This document shows positions 8,842-20,590 of a stretch of DNA of 64,000 bases, one piece after another (positions within the stretch are counted from its first letter, which is position 1; the number at the start of each line of letters is the position of its first letter). Location of the stretch: the IMG/VR virus record IMGVR_UViG_3300046167_000453, positions 7,694 to 71,693 of that record. One strand, given 5' to 3'. The stretch is from a virus. A program made the translations under genes and the position numbers. Below the pieces are notes generated by a model that worked only from the letters and a program-made list of their open reading frames with translations, made no database searches and was not told the DNA's origin.

Positions 8842-9853
8842 TTATTGCACTCTAAGTTCAATAACCGGCATAGTATTGGTTCTTGTTCCGCCATCTCCGG
8901 TAACTGTGGCAGGATTAACAGTTCCATTAACTTTAGATTGTAAAGTAGAAGCATATATATTACTTACATATAATTTACTACCATCAGCATTCCAAGATAT
9001 ACCGGAAAGGAAAAAATCCGTTTCCAGTGTTACTACTCGGCCACCACGGAGATGAACCGATAGTGCCATAGAAAGAAGTCAAATCAAGTGTAGTAACGAG
9101 CGTTCCACTTGTAATATCGTAAGCAGTTGATAGGTCGTATTCGTGAATATATCCATCGTGTTCAGCAAGATACATCTTAGTGCCATCGGAATTGAAAATT
9201 AAGTCAGAAATAATGTCATGTGGTAAATCAACGCTACCAAGTAATGTATCGCTGTTTTGAACTACATAATTTGTTGATGTTGAATATTGTTTAATTTTCG
9301 ATTTACCATTAAGCGGAACATTTTGGTAGCCGAAGTAATACTTAGAACCATCATCATTCCAACGAGCGTATCTAATTCCACCACCTGCGTATAAAGAACT
9401 ACCATTAAGAGTTACTGTTAAACTACTACCACTTTGAGAGAGAGTCCCACTTCTTACTCTATTTGCGTGATGGTCGGCAATAATTATTTTTGTTGCGGTG
9501 CTATCCAAACCAAAACCCTCACAACTGTTTATACTTAATCCCGTAGGGTTTTGTCTTACAACTGCCCCGTTTCCAGTAGAACTAATTGGTAACTTTGAAA
9601 ATAATACATGTGTGCTATCAAAGTTATTATTATTACCTCTATTTGAAATATACATGTCTGTGCCTATTACTTGCATACCAGTTAGCCATGCCGAATTAGC
9701 CGCACCTGCGTTAAAGTTAATTCCTACTGCATTGTTTCCGGCAGTTTCATGTATGGCTTTAACAGAAGCCAAATTGTATAAGTCTGTATTAACAGTAACA
9801 GCATTAGCCTTTTGTTCAGCGCAAGAACCAGCAATAGCGAGATACAAACTCAT
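8842..9853 (-). CDS. Beta-propeller tail-associated / receptor-binding protein (one frameshift near 9012 joins ORFs 8984-9853 and 8842-9069)
   Basis: Repeated WNDDGSKYY / FNSDGTKMY / WNADGSKLY blades continue across the frame break in a T6 run. Confidence 0.7.
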
Positions 9854-12093
9854 ACCCCCAAAACAACATAATCAGTTCCGGTTGAAATACAAGTAACACC
9901 ATTACGAGCCGCTACTGCAATATCAGTTTGTGCGCCATTCATGTTATCACCCGCACCACTACCACTATTAGTTCTTAATGTAAAACCATTACCGTCATTA
10001 TTGATAATAGTGAAATGAACACCTGCACCTTGATTGTCGGGGATTGTAATAACAATGCTACTCCCTGTAACAAAAACATATCTACCTGCGTGGTCTGATT
10101 CGGTTAAAGTAGTAGAAGCGGTTAAAGCAACAACAGGTAGTCTTGTTGCAAGAAGGGTTTTAGTTGGGGCTACTACTAAATCATCATTTAAAATAGTAGT
10201 TCCTGTTACTTCCAATGTTGACGCAATAATAATATCATCTGCTAATTTATCACTATTAACTGCATCATCGGCAATATGTTGTGTTCCAATTCCATTATTT
10301 TTAACCCGCAGGGTATCGCTATTTGTTTCAATAGTAGAATCATCTACATTTACTGCTATTACTGCACTTGAAGCAGTAAGACCATCACCCGCAAACAAAG
10401 TTGCTATGTCATCAATTGACTCTTTATGTATGCCATTGTCTCCACTGTCATTAAATGCTATTGTATCTCCACTCGCAATTGCTTCAGCAGTTAAATTATT
10501 TATATCTAAACTTAGGCTTGGTGTTCCAGTTGTAGCACCACCCGCCAAACCACTATTAGAAGCAGTTGTAATTCCTTCAATATCACCACTACTTGAAGAA
10601 ACAGCCGCCCAAGTTAAACCACCTGCCGCACCACTTTGGGCTTGTAGAAAATATCCGTTTGTTGGTGTATTAGAAACTTTAAGGTTGTCTTCATCAACAA
10701 CATTAGAAGCAATAACAGTAGCACCATCGGCACTAGAAGTAACTTCGCCTGTATGGTTGGGGTGTTCATATTCTCTATCAATAATTAAATATCCATTAGT
10801 CAAGGAACTTCCATCCACTGAAAAAGAATCACTTATTGCATATAACATTACAGATTCTAGAGGTCTTAATTTTAAGTTGTTTACATCGGTTTGTCTATAA
10901 TCCTCACCAACACGGTTATCCTCAAATTTATCCGAGGATTGAGTAGTTACTGTTAAATTAGAAGTATCTACATTTTTAATTATAATAACTCTACTTTCAA
11001 TAGATACCGCCGCAGGTAGAGTAATGGTGTTACTATTACTAGAAGCATCCACTACAAGCAAAGAAGTGCTTCCATCATATTGCGTTACTCCCGAAGCACC
11101 TAAAGCCAATGCATTTTCTATTGAAACCAAACCCTCCACTACTAATAATTCTGGTTGAGCAGTTAATGTTCCGTCTCCATCGGAAGTTAGAACTCTATTA
11201 GCACCATCATTAGCAATAACTTCTGTTAAATCTAAATTAAGAGTAGTGGCGGCGGGATTATCCAAACCAGCACTTACGGTAATTTCTGTCAAATCTAAAT
11301 TAATAGTAGCGGAATATGCTCCACTAGCAGTATTCGCTTCCGAAGCAATACCAATACCTGTTCCATCGGTTAAATCAACGCCAGTAATATCTCCTTGAGG
11401 TGCTAATGCGTTAATTTGAGCAACTGTAACTGATTTAATTACATCGGAAGCATTTGCGTCTTGAATAATAACTTTATCTGAACCATTTGCGGCGGGAGTA
11501 ACACTCCCTATGCCGGAAATAAATAAACCGTCACTAGTTCCAGTAATTGAACTTACTTCAGTGTAAGCATTAGAGTTTTCATAAGCAATACTTACACTAT
11601 TTTCTGTTTTATCTGTTGTCAAATATTGAACATTTCTTGCGCCACTACTTGTAGTTGATGAGTATTCAACAATAGCAATAATAGTATCTCCCGAAGTATA
11701 GTCGGGAACTTTATTTGCGGCTGTTGGTTTTCTTATTAGAATGAAATTATTTTCATCAACTACAACAAGATGATAACCTTTATCGTATGTTGTAATTAAT
11801 TCACTTGCATTAAATGTAAATGATGCAGAAGTTGTTCCTGTTTTATATTGAGCAACATATTTCTTTCCATCTCTAAGGTATGTTCCTGCTGATACTGCGA
11901 CTGTTCCACCATTAGCCGTTGATTGAGTAATATCAAAATCATTTGAGTTGTTCTTAACTACTAGGTTTTGTCTTGCCATTTGAGAAAGACCTTTGATTAA
12001 ACCAGTATGAGGAAAATCAGAAGCGTCAGTAATTCCGGCTAAAGAACCACCTTGTCCCATTGTTGAAATTTTGTGCGGGTTATTTTCTACCAT
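9850..12093 (-). CDS. Tail fibre / spike protein
   Basis: G/T/S/D-rich with GDITGV/GDIEGI repeats; position at the end of the tail module. Confidence 0.75.
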   Translation of the reverse strand: MVENNPHKISTMGQGGSLAGITDASDFPHTGLIKGLSQMARQNLVVKNNSNDFDITQSTANGGTVAVSAGTYLRDGKKYVAQYKTGTTSASFTFNASELITTYDKGYHLVVVDENNFILIRKPTAANKVPDYTSGDTIIAIVEYSSTTSSGARNVQYLTTDKTENSVSIAYENSNAYTEVSSITGTSDGLFISGIGSVTPAANGSDKVIIQDANASDVIKSVTVAQINALAPQGDITGVDLTDGTGIGIASEANTASGAYSATINLDLTEITVSAGLDNPAATTLNLDLTEVIANDGANRVLTSDGDGTLTAQPELLVVEGLVSIENALALGASGVTQYDGSTSLLVVDASSNSNTITLPAAVSIESRVIIIKNVDTSNLTVTTQSSDKFEDNRVGEDYRQTDVNNLKLRPLESVMLYAISDSFSVDGSSLTNGYLIIDREYEHPNHTGEVTSSADGATVIASNVVDEDNLKVSNTPTNGYFLQAQSGAAGGLTWAAVSSSSGDIEGITTASNSGLAGGATTGTPSLSLDINNLTAEAIASGDTIAFNDSGDNGIHKESIDDIATLFAGDGLTASSAVIAVNVDDSTIETNSDTLRVKNNGIGTQHIADDAVNSDKLADDIIIASTLEVTGTTILNDDLVVAPTKTLLATRLPVVALTASTTLTESDHAGRYVFVTGSSIVITIPDNQGAGVHFTIINNDGNGFTLRTNSGSGAGDNMNGAQTDIAVAARNGVTCISTGTDYVVLGV

Positions 12094-12094
12094 T

Positions 12095-12478
12095 TTATTC
12101 CACCTCTAATACTAAAAATATTTCTATTTGTTCATTTGCTGCAAACGGGCCAACTCCTTCAAATGCTACTCTTGATAACATAAATGCTGCGGCATCGTCA
12201 AAAGAATCTCCCGAATCATCTGCGCCAAAACTTGCTTCTCGAATAACCTTACCTGTGATATTTGAACCTTCAACGGATAGTTTTATCTCAACAACATTAT
12301 CATCGGAACGAGTTGCTACATATTGAGAAGGAGTAATATTTAAGGGAACATCTAAAGCAGTTGCGGCAGGACTTGTTGAATTGCCACCTAATCCTAAATC
12401 AGCAGAACCTTGATTTGTTCCATCAATTAATTCAACAATGTAAGCCGCAAGTTTGTTTCGTAATAAGTCAGTTATCAA
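12095..12478 (-). CDS. Tail fibre-base / baseplate-associated protein
   Basis: ATALD...IREASF...SRVAF...IEIFL pattern typical of fibre-attachment domains; position. Confidence 0.55.
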   Translation of the reverse strand: MITDLLRNKLAAYIVELIDGTNQGSADLGLGGNSTSPAATALDVPLNITPSQYVATRSDDNVVEIKLSVEGSNITGKVIREASFGADDSGDSFDDAAAFMLSRVAFEGVGPFAANEQIEIFLVLEVE

Positions 12479-15400
12479 AATTCTTCCTCCACTAAGTCAG
12501 TATAGGTGATTGATGCGCCACTTGTAAATCCAAGTGGGGTGCTTCCGGTATTTAACGCTGTCGTGAAACCAAGTGTAACTCCGCCAGTAGTGGTTCTTTT
12601 ACGAACTAATAGGCGCATTGGTTTAATTTTAATCGAATCTAAGAACCCAAGACCGATGTTTGATTCATTAGATTTAGCATTTTGTTGAGTTTGGGCGGTG
12701 TTTATATCAATAGCCAATTCTGAAAATCTATCTTCCATCTGAGTATTATATTTTCCTAGTTCCAATTCCATTAAACCTGTAAGAGCATGGGTTATTTCTA
12801 GAACTAAATATTGGTTTCTAGGAATGTTTTCTTGTTTTATTTCCACTTCTACTATATCTCCGACCTTAAGTTGGCTTATATTAGCATGGCCTACTGTTAC
12901 TCTAAGTTTGGTATTATCTCCAGAATGTAGTCTAAGAAGTTCCTTTGCTCTTGTATCTACTTCTTCTTGAGTGGTTAATTTTCTTTCAAACACTTTTAGT
13001 GATTTTCTACCTATTTTGTTAATGCTTCTCATATCTCTTCTTTTAGACTTATGTGATTTTCCGTGAACTATAATTTCATTGTATTCTTCAAAGGTGCTAT
13101 CTAATAAATCGTATTCATATATTCTAATGTCTCCATTATCACTAATGAGTAGATTAGTATAAAAGTCAGAACTCTCTTTGTTTTTAATTGTGAATGTATC
13201 TTCTGTTTGAACTAAAGTTTTATCTTTCTTTTGCAATAAGAAGTTGATTGCTTCAAACAAACTCACCCCATCAAAATTAGGTGCTAAAAATAAAGGATAG
13301 TCCTCTCTTGTTATATCAAAAGAAGTGTTTTGTTCTTCAAATAACTCTTCTATTATATCTTCAGTTTCATTACAAATACTTACAACAGAACCAATCATAG
13401 CCCTTTTAGCATTAGTATCAATAGGAGATTCTCCACCAACTGTAATTGAAGTAATTTCGGAAACAGAAACTACTCCGAGAGTTTCTTGTATAGTATCAAA
13501 TGAAATAGTATTCCCTATTACATTCCCTCCTTTTTTAACAAAGGAAAAATTAGTAGAGTAAGTATTATTTCCATCACTTACGCAAAAATTACCATTTTTG
13601 TTTTCTAACATATCGTCTAAACTTGCGGCTGGAACGATGTTTCTTTTTTGCCCAGAAGCATTTTCAATATCAATGACAACATACATTGAAAGAATACCCT
13701 CATTATTGCCTTGTAAAGTTCTATCTCCCGTTGCTTTATGTAAAGCATAATTATTAGTTTGCTTATAAACATCATTAGCATAAGGCATTTTAGTGTAAGA
13801 GGAAGAAAGAGTATTCAATTCTATTTCCTTTGGGCTAAAATCATATGTGCAAGTGTGATTAGGTTGTAATATTCTATACCACGCGTTTGCTGTCAATTGT
13901 AAGTCAGTTACTATAATATGGGTTTCTGTTCCGTTACTATGGTCTATTTCATGTGAAATAACATAAGGTATATTTGCTTGTGCATTATTATTTAAACCGT
14001 AAGTTTCGGATAATGCAGCAGATATGCTAGCACTACTTCCTGTTGAGTCAATGTAAAACCCACCAGTTGCTAAATATGTTCCCGTCAAATTAACAAACTT
14101 TAGCCAAGAATATTCATCAGAAGCGGCTATATTATATCTAAAAATATCTTGATTTCCAATTGTTTTAGCAGTAGAAGAATAAGATGAAGGTGATTTTAGT
14201 CTTGGTTTAAATCCTAAAAATACTCCATCGGCTAGTTTATCTAAATCAGAACCACTTATTGCCGTTCCCCCTTGTGTTTCCACATTTGCGAAATTAGTGT
14301 TCAATGAATGTCCTATTATTCCATAAGTTTCACTTTCACTAGTAGCACTATCCTTGTGTTTAGTCGTTGCTTTAATGTGAGAACCAACCATTCCAGAAGA
14401 AACTAATTGAGTTCCGTCTTCTATTGAATACCTATCTAAGAAAATAGGTAGCCAATATTGCATAAATAAAGCATTACCATCAGCAGCCCCACTTCCATCA
14501 ATGATTGGTATACCATCAAATAATTCTAGTAATTTAGAACTGTGAACATTGTCAGTGCCAGCAGAATCTATTAGTTCAAAATCTCCACCTATATTTACAG
14601 GATTAATTAAGTTGTGTTTTTTATTTGCATTAGAACTAGAAACTCCTAAATGTGTTCCAAAAGTGGCTTCCCATTCATTTTGTGAATATCCATTACCAGC
14701 ACCATCCGAACTTGAAACACTATTTAAAACGACTCCTTTGTGCATATGAATTTCTTCGTGTCTTTTAACAAATGAATCTTTAACTCCAACTCCTGTAAAT
14801 TTAGCCTCATTAGTATTAGTGATTTTATATATTGCATTAGTAGCAGTATTATGAGAAACTCCATCTGTATTATATCTATTTTCATGTAACAATACTATAT
14901 TATCATCTGTTCCATCACTAGCCCCATCACAAACCCCAATAAATCTACCGTGACTATCTAATAGTAAATCACCATCAGCAACAGAAACATCACCTGTAAA
15001 TGTCAAAAGTTTAAGGTTGCTATCTTGTGTTGCATGTAATGTTCCTAAATTTGAAGAATGGTCGTGTGAATAATAATAAAATATGGGTAGCGTTGTTTCT
15101 TTATCCGGTGGATTTTCTGGGTCAAATTGATTAAGAGTCCAGTCGAAACAAAGTTCAGTTAATCGCATCATACCAAATCTAGTTAAATCAGAAAGGTTTT
15201 TTTCGCTGGATAGTATCGAGGAAGAAGAATAGTCGCCATCCTTAAAAGAAATTCTATTTGTAACTACTCCTGAATTGTCCTTAGTTTCACTTGAATTGAT
15301 GCTAGAATTTTGACTTAGTGCAAATATATTATAGTTTGTTATTTTTCTAGTTTGACTAGGGTATAAAAGACTATCCTTTCTAGTAGAAGAATATGGCTCT

Positions 15401-16770
15401 AAATCCGAGTTAATAAACAAAAACATTCTAGAAACCTTTTGGTCTGGTTGTAGTAAGAAATCTTTTACTGCAAATGGTGTTTTTTCATGTGTAGTAGAGG
15501 TTGAACTTTCGTGCTCTCTTGGTTCAAAGTGAAAATTAGTAAATGGTAATGAACCGCCATCTTTTACAACTTTAACATCAAAAAAATTAGAACCGCTTGG
15601 AGGTAAGTTTCCTCGACTCTCAATAAGAGTGTGTTTCCAACTATTTATATCAAACTTATCTGTTCCTATTATTTCTCTTTCTAATACGCTGTCAATATAG
15701 TGAGCAGGATTAAATTTGTAAGAAGAGGCATAATATGGGATTTTACTTAATTTTTTATTGTAAATTGATTTAAGTCCACTTATAGTAGTGATATTTGGCC
15801 TAATATGTGACACATTTCCTTTTTCCATATTAATAATTCTATAATAAGGACTTCCGAATCTATCTGAATTAGTTAAAGCATATGTTCCTCCGTTGTATAA
15901 TAAAGGAAAATCTAAATGTAATGTTTCACTTGAGTTACCTCTTACTGAATTCAATAAGGCTATTACTTTACCACCATGTAAGTGTGCGCCATTGAGTAAT
16001 GATAATTCATGTGTTAATTTACTGCTTTCAAAAATGCTTGAACTATGATAATCCGTTAATACTGAAACAGTAGAACCTTGTGAAGTAGTTACTTCTCTAT
16101 CAAGATAAATATAAATGTCAGTTCCATTACTTTGTAAAACAGCAATAGTCATAAAACCAGCAAATATTTCATCTACATATATTGCGTTGCCATGATATTT
16201 TCTTGGTTTAGAATTTAAGGATAGAACTTTAGGAATAGAATTTAACAGTTCCGAAGTAGCAACAGTTGTTCTAATATACCTTTGTGATGTTATATCAGTT
16301 GAAACAGTTGCAAGTGAAGTGAAAGTAGTATCTTGGGTATTACCATAATTAATATCTACTCTTCCAAGAGCCAAAGGTATATGGGGGGCTATTTCTATAA
16401 CTTGGTTTCCATCTATTTCTTGAGTAGATAATATGTTAAAATCTATTAAAGTATTCACAGTATCAAAAGTAGCATAGGACTTACTAGAAGCATTATCATC
16501 TAATCTTGCTTGAAAAGGATTATCCGATTTTATGTTCTTTGCTTCACTTAAATAATATCCCCTCGCATTTGGATTGTCTGTATTTATTGATGAACCAACA
16601 AGGCTATCTCCCTCTACCCCTGCAACTAATTTATTTCCACTTTCAAAGAAAAGACCCTTATTTGCTGTTCCATAAAGGCTAGTTGCAGAAGAAACAAAGG
16701 AATTAGAAGAAAGGGCTTTGTTAAAAACAGTGTATTTTGTTGATGTCTTATATGCTGCTTTTGCAGCCAC
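12475..16770 (-). CDS. Giant tail-tip/hub protein, C-terminal fragment
   Basis: C-terminal RSINKIGRK...LKVGDIVEV...YLVLEITH hub-like region; frameshift-joined to the two upstream ORFs. Confidence 0.7.
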   Translation of the reverse strand: MAAKAAYKTSTKYTVFNKALSSNSFVSSATSLYGTANKGLFFESGNKLVAGVEGDSLVGSSINTDNPNARGYYLSEAKNIKSDNPFQARLDDNASSKSYATFDTVNTLIDFNILSTQEIDGNQVIEIAPHIPLALGRVDINYGNTQDTTFTSLATVSTDITSQRYIRTTVATSELLNSIPKVLSLNSKPRKYHGNAIYVDEIFAGFMTIAVLQSNGTDIYIYLDREVTTSQGSTVSVLTDYHSSSIFESSKLTHELSLLNGAHLHGGKVIALLNSVRGNSSETLHLDFPLLYNGGTYALTNSDRFGSPYYRIINMEKGNVSHIRPNITTISGLKSIYNKKLSKIPYYASSYKFNPAHYIDSVLEREIIGTDKFDINSWKHTLIESRGNLPPSGSNFFDVKVVKDGGSLPFTNFHFEPREHESSTSTTHEKTPFAVKDFLLQPDQKVSRMFLFINSDLEPYSSTRKDSLLYPSQTRKITNYNIFALSQNSSINSSETKDNSGVVTNRISFKDGDYSSSSILSSEKNLSDLTRFGMMRLTELCFDWTLNQFDPENPPDKETTLPIFYYYSHDHSSNLGTLHATQDSNLKLLTFTGDVSVADGDLLLDSHGRFIGVCDGASDGTDDNIVLLHENRYNTDGVSHNTATNAIYKITNTNEAKFTGVGVKDSFVKRHEEIHMHKGVVLNSVSSSDGAGNGYSQNEWEATFGTHLGVSSSNANKKHNLINPVNIGGDFELIDSAGTDNVHSSKLLELFDGIPIIDGSGAADGNALFMQYWLPIFLDRYSIEDGTQLVSSGMVGSHIKATTKHKDSATSESETYGIIGHSLNTNFANVETQGGTAISGSDLDKLADGVFLGFKPRLKSPSSYSSTAKTIGNQDIFRYNIAASDEYSWLKFVNLTGTYLATGGFYIDSTGSSASISAALSETYGLNNNAQANIPYVISHEIDHSNGTETHIIVTDLQLTANAWYRILQPNHTCTYDFSPKEIELNTLSSSYTKMPYANDVYKQTNNYALHKATGDRTLQGNNEGILSMYVVIDIENASGQKRNIVPAASLDDMLENKNGNFCVSDGNNTYSTNFSFVKKGGNVIGNTISFDTIQETLGVVSVSEITSITVGGESPIDTNAKRAMIGSVVSICNETEDIIEELFEEQNTSFDITREDYPLFLAPNFDGVSLFEAINFLLQKKDKTLVQTEDTFTIKNKESSDFYTNLLISDNGDIRIYEYDLLDSTFEEYNEIIVHGKSHKSKRRDMRSINKIGRKSLKVFERKLTTQEEVDTRAKELLRLHSGDNTKLRVTVGHANISQLKVGDIVEVEIKQENIPRNQYLVLEITHALTGLMELELGKYNTQMEDRFSELAIDINTAQTQQNAKSNESNIGLGFLDSIKIKPMRLLVRKRTTTGGVTLGFTTALNTGSTPLGFTSGASITYTDLVEEEF

Positions 16771-18140
16771 TTGAGCCTTTGAAAAATTAATGAACTCATT
16801 ACTGTTCCTGATACTCCAGAAAGGGTCTGGTAAACATATCCTAAATATACTATTGTTCCACTTGCCGTTTTAGCATAGATTTTATCTCCTATTGTTAATG
16901 ATACACTACCACTTAATGTTGCACTACGACTACCAAATGTAGTAGTTATATTTATTCCTAATGCTGTTAATTTATTATATGGGCTGTTGGTAGAATAAAC
17001 AATGTCCTTTGAGAATAATGTATTCTTTTCTATAATTGGGTCAAGTAGTTCTCTTAATTTATCAGCACCATCAACTATCATTATAGTTTGTCCATTTTCT
17101 TTTTCTTGTTTTAATCGAGTAATTCTACCATTTAATTTTTCATTATATATGATATATTGTCCTGTCATTTTATCTAAAGCACTTATGTTATCGTAGCCTT
17201 GATTTTCAAAAGAAAGAGTAAGTAGCCCAGTTTCTCCAATATAGGAAGTAACTCCTACTTCCAGTAAAGAAAACTCATTACTAATTAAAGAAAGATATAA
17301 AGAGTCTTGTCTGCTGTCTAGCATTCTCATTCCCGTTAAAAGAGTGCTATCTAGTCTATTCCATGCTCTTCTGTAAATAATAGTATCTGCCGAAATATCA
17401 TCTAAGTCAGTAGTTATACTAAAATTTAATTCTGATTCTAATCTACTATATCTACTAAATCTAATATCAGTTGCGCTTACTGCAACTATTACCATTACTC
17501 TTGAGTTTATTAAAACTTCATCATTGATATTTAAATAGGTAGTCAAATCAACTGGTGTGTTAATTGCATATTGTGATTGAGTGCTTACATTAGTGTCAGT
17601 AAATGAGCCAATACTAGCACCAAAAGAAACCCAGTCGTTAAAGTCACCCCTATGAACCATATGGCGAACTCTTAATGGGTCATAGGTATTTATTTTCTTA
17701 GAAAGTATTCTATAAGAATCTGCAATTTTAATTTCGGCATAACTGCTTTTTTTACCAATGGATTCTTCTAGTTCTAAATCTACAATATTGTTTGTTGAGT
17801 TATTTTTTGTTGGAGAATAATCGTAATGTAAGTATCTGATTGGGCCTTTAAACGAATAAGCAGCAGTATTATTTATTAAATCGTCAGTATCTCTTCTTGC
17901 GTTTGGTGCAAATAAATCATAATTTGTATCGTCTTGGGTTGCTAATGCAGGTGTAACTCCACTTCCACTTCCGCTTTGGCTTTCATTTAGAGTATAGGTT
18001 GCTATTGCATCTTGAGTTCTCAAATTATCTGAAATAGTCGCCTTTAAAGAATATTTACTGTAATCTACCACTGTTTGTTCATAATCAGTAACAGTAACAA
18101 AAGTTACTTTATGAGCAGCATTCAATGTAACAGCTCGCAC
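16626..18140 (-). CDS. Giant tail-tip protein, middle fragment (frameshifted)
   Basis: LNGRITRL...VDGADKLRELLD; aberrant C-terminal tail overlapping the next ORF. Confidence 0.6.
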   Translation of the reverse strand: MRAVTLNAAHKVTFVTVTDYEQTVVDYSKYSLKATISDNLRTQDAIATYTLNESQSGSGSGVTPALATQDDTNYDLFAPNARRDTDDLINNTAAYSFKGPIRYLHYDYSPTKNNSTNNIVDLELEESIGKKSSYAEIKIADSYRILSKKINTYDPLRVRHMVHRGDFNDWVSFGASIGSFTDTNVSTQSQYAINTPVDLTTYLNINDEVLINSRVMVIVAVSATDIRFSRYSRLESELNFSITTDLDDISADTIIYRRAWNRLDSTLLTGMRMLDSRQDSLYLSLISNEFSLLEVGVTSYIGETGLLTLSFENQGYDNISALDKMTGQYIIYNEKLNGRITRLKQEKENGQTIMIVDGADKLRELLDPIIEKNTLFSKDIVYSTNSPYNKLTALGINITTTFGSRSATLSGSVSLTIGDKIYAKTASGTIVYLGYVYQTLSGVSGTVMSSLIFQRLKWLQKQHIRHQQNTLFLTKPFLLIPLFLLQLAFMEQQIRVFSLKVEIN

Positions 18141-18756
18141 CCAAGCCTTCGTTCATTCGAGCAAAGTATTTTGTATTATGGTCTAATTGGTTTTTCTTAT
18201 CCAGTGTATTAACAAACCAAAAATGTGGCCTTGCAACATGTAAGTTGTTCTGTAAATCTGCTTTTATTCCGGCAGAAAAAGCAACTGCTTTTGAAGTAAT
18301 TGCTGGCCCTTTGAATAATTTAAATTTAGTTCCTTGAGCAATCTCGTTTCCTAATTTTGGCTCAAAGTCGAAAGAGTCACCCAATACATCGCTGTTTTTA
18401 ATTTCTGTAATTCTAGCAAAGTGATGTTTTAAGTGGTTGTCGGAGTGAACCAAAACAAAATAGTAGTAGTCGTTTATTGTAGAGGCTATGGATGCTAAGT
18501 CCTTACCAGTTGAAGAAACGGTATCAAAACAGCGTATATTATATCCCTTAGTTACGGATAAGTTTTCATATTCGCCTTGTAGTGTAGCACCACTTACTAT
18601 TTCCGAAATTACACTCTCTTCACTATCATCTGTATAAATAGCAGCAAATAAAATCTTATCACTACTAAATGTAGATTGAGTTGTCATTAGTGGATTAGTG
18701 GGAACATCAAAATTATATTCCGATGTTGAGCCAGTCTTAAATAAATCTAATGTCAT
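18109..18756 (-). CDS. Giant tail-tip protein, N-terminal fragment (frameshifted)
   Basis: GAGGTGGA SD and ATGA overlap; reading continues in another frame at about 18135. Confidence 0.6.
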   Translation of the reverse strand: MTLDLFKTGSTSEYNFDVPTNPLMTTQSTFSSDKILFAAIYTDDSEESVISEIVSGATLQGEYENLSVTKGYNIRCFDTVSSTGKDLASIASTINDYYYFVLVHSDNHLKHHFARITEIKNSDVLGDSFDFEPKLGNEIAQGTKFKLFKGPAITSKAVAFSAGIKADLQNNLHVARPHFWFVNTLDKKNQLDHNTKYFARMNEGLGASCYIECCS

Positions 18757-19875
18757 AAGTCCACCTCTTCAAATCTAAAGTAAAATAATGTATCGTTATA
18801 ATTTGGTAGTAAATTAGTAATAGACGGAAACCTTCTGCGAATAACAGAAGTTAAACACATTTCATGGATTTCGCCCATAAACTGCTTATTAGTGGTCGCA
18901 CTAAATCTACCGTCAGCCCCACTACCATTAGCCCCAATAAATAAATCCTCATCTTCAAATGAAAATGTTCCAGATTGTGCATGAGTTCCTGATTTAACTA
19001 ATAAACCATTAAAGTATATTTTTAATTCTTTAGGTGATTCAGCATAGGTGCAAGCAATATGAAATGAATTGTTAATGTATGTCGGGTCGGCATAAGTCTT
19101 ACGGAAAAGTTTAGTTGTGCTACTTAGAGTGCCACTGTATGCACTGGTGAGCGTGATGGTATTTAGACTTGCATCTATTGATTCTACCGCCCCTATCGAA
19201 GTAAAAATGCCTCCTTCAATGATGAATACTTCTTCTCCTGCTACCATCATGTTAGCAGTAATAGATGAACAGGTAATTACATCATTGTTATCATTGTCCG
19301 TTGGATTAACAGTGGTAAATTGGTCGTATTCAACTCTACCATCTGCATTAATGCCGTAATAATCACTATCGCTAGAATAGACCCAAGACCTAGTTCTAGA
19401 AGGTAAAATAACAGAACTGTCAGTTAAAAATTCTTGAACAGCCCCACTACTTAATTTAACACCCACTAATATTTTATATTCTGCGGGTTGATTAGCAGTT
19501 GTTGTAGTTGCGTTTTTTAATGAAATATAAAAATTGGTGCTAGAAAATATTCTCATTTCGTGGGTAATTCTATCAGCAACGGGTAAATATTTTTCACTTT
19601 GATAAGTTAGTTAATGTGGATTCATGTCCATTATTAGGCATAATTTTAGTTGATGCAGTAAGAGTCCTACCTCTTAAAGTAGTATCAAAAGCACCATTTA
19701 TGTCATAGGGAGTAACTATTGCTTCAAAAGTAAAGTCTCCACTATGCGACCAAATACCATATCCTACATCATCAGCAGAATCCGGCACATTTTCCGAGTA
19801 ATCTATTTTAACATGCCCATTACACATAACGGGGAAAACCAAAGCCCTTTGTTTTCCTGTTAAAATATCATACAT
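18753..19875 (-). CDS. LamG/concanavalin-like tail protein (ORFs 19594-19875 and 18753-19556 joined by one indel)
   Basis: DFTFEAIV, FHIACTY...LKIYFNG, LFIGA, FMGEIHE. Confidence 0.7.
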
Positions 19876-19885
19876 TTAAATCACC

Positions 19886-20586
19886 TCAAGGAACAACAAC
19901 TGCCACTTCAAAATCTAAATTAAAAGTTAATTCAAATGCTTCCGCTTCAAGATTAAAAGAAAAAGTTCTCACAAAACCAGTAAGGCCAGTATCTGTTTCA
20001 CTATCGGGAAACTTTGAAAATGGTGTTGGAACACCTAAATTATCCTTACTTTGCGAATTACCTCTAGAACCAAAAGTTAATGGTATATTAACACCATTAC
20101 TTCTTTCATTTGTATTTATTGCTGTCCAAGTTCCCCCTGCGGCTTCACAATCGGTTTTAGTTTTATGTGCAGTAATGTCACAAGTGCCACTTAGTTGATA
20201 ATCACTTCTTACAAAAGAAGGCATTAAAATAACTAATTCTGAAAATGCTTGATTTTTTGCAAATCCCGTTGAATCTACACCTGCGGCAATCATCTGTGCT
20301 ATTTCATGGGCAGTAAAAGTTACAAATGTATCATTGTTCACATTTGTTTTTTTAATTTGAGTATCTCTAATTATTCCCTTGTAGATGAAATACTTTTAGG
20401 TAGCCATTCCTAAATCTAATGCAGGCAGGTAATTGATTCTCCTGCCGCTACTCCAGATAAAGGCACTGGAAAAGAAGGAATTGTTTTAGTTACAGAAACA
20501 CCAACACTAGTAACTTCTAAGGGAATAGTATTTATTTGTAAATCAGTTCCACTAAATGCTTGTGTTTTAAGATATACATATGTCAT
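19886..20586 (-). CDS. Distal-tail-like protein (5' part disrupted by indels)
   Basis: GAGGTGA SD and ATG at 20586 (MTYVYLKTQ...), LDLGMA motif, joins ORF 19886-20341; follows the tape measure gene. Confidence 0.55.
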
Positions 20587-20590
20587 TTAA

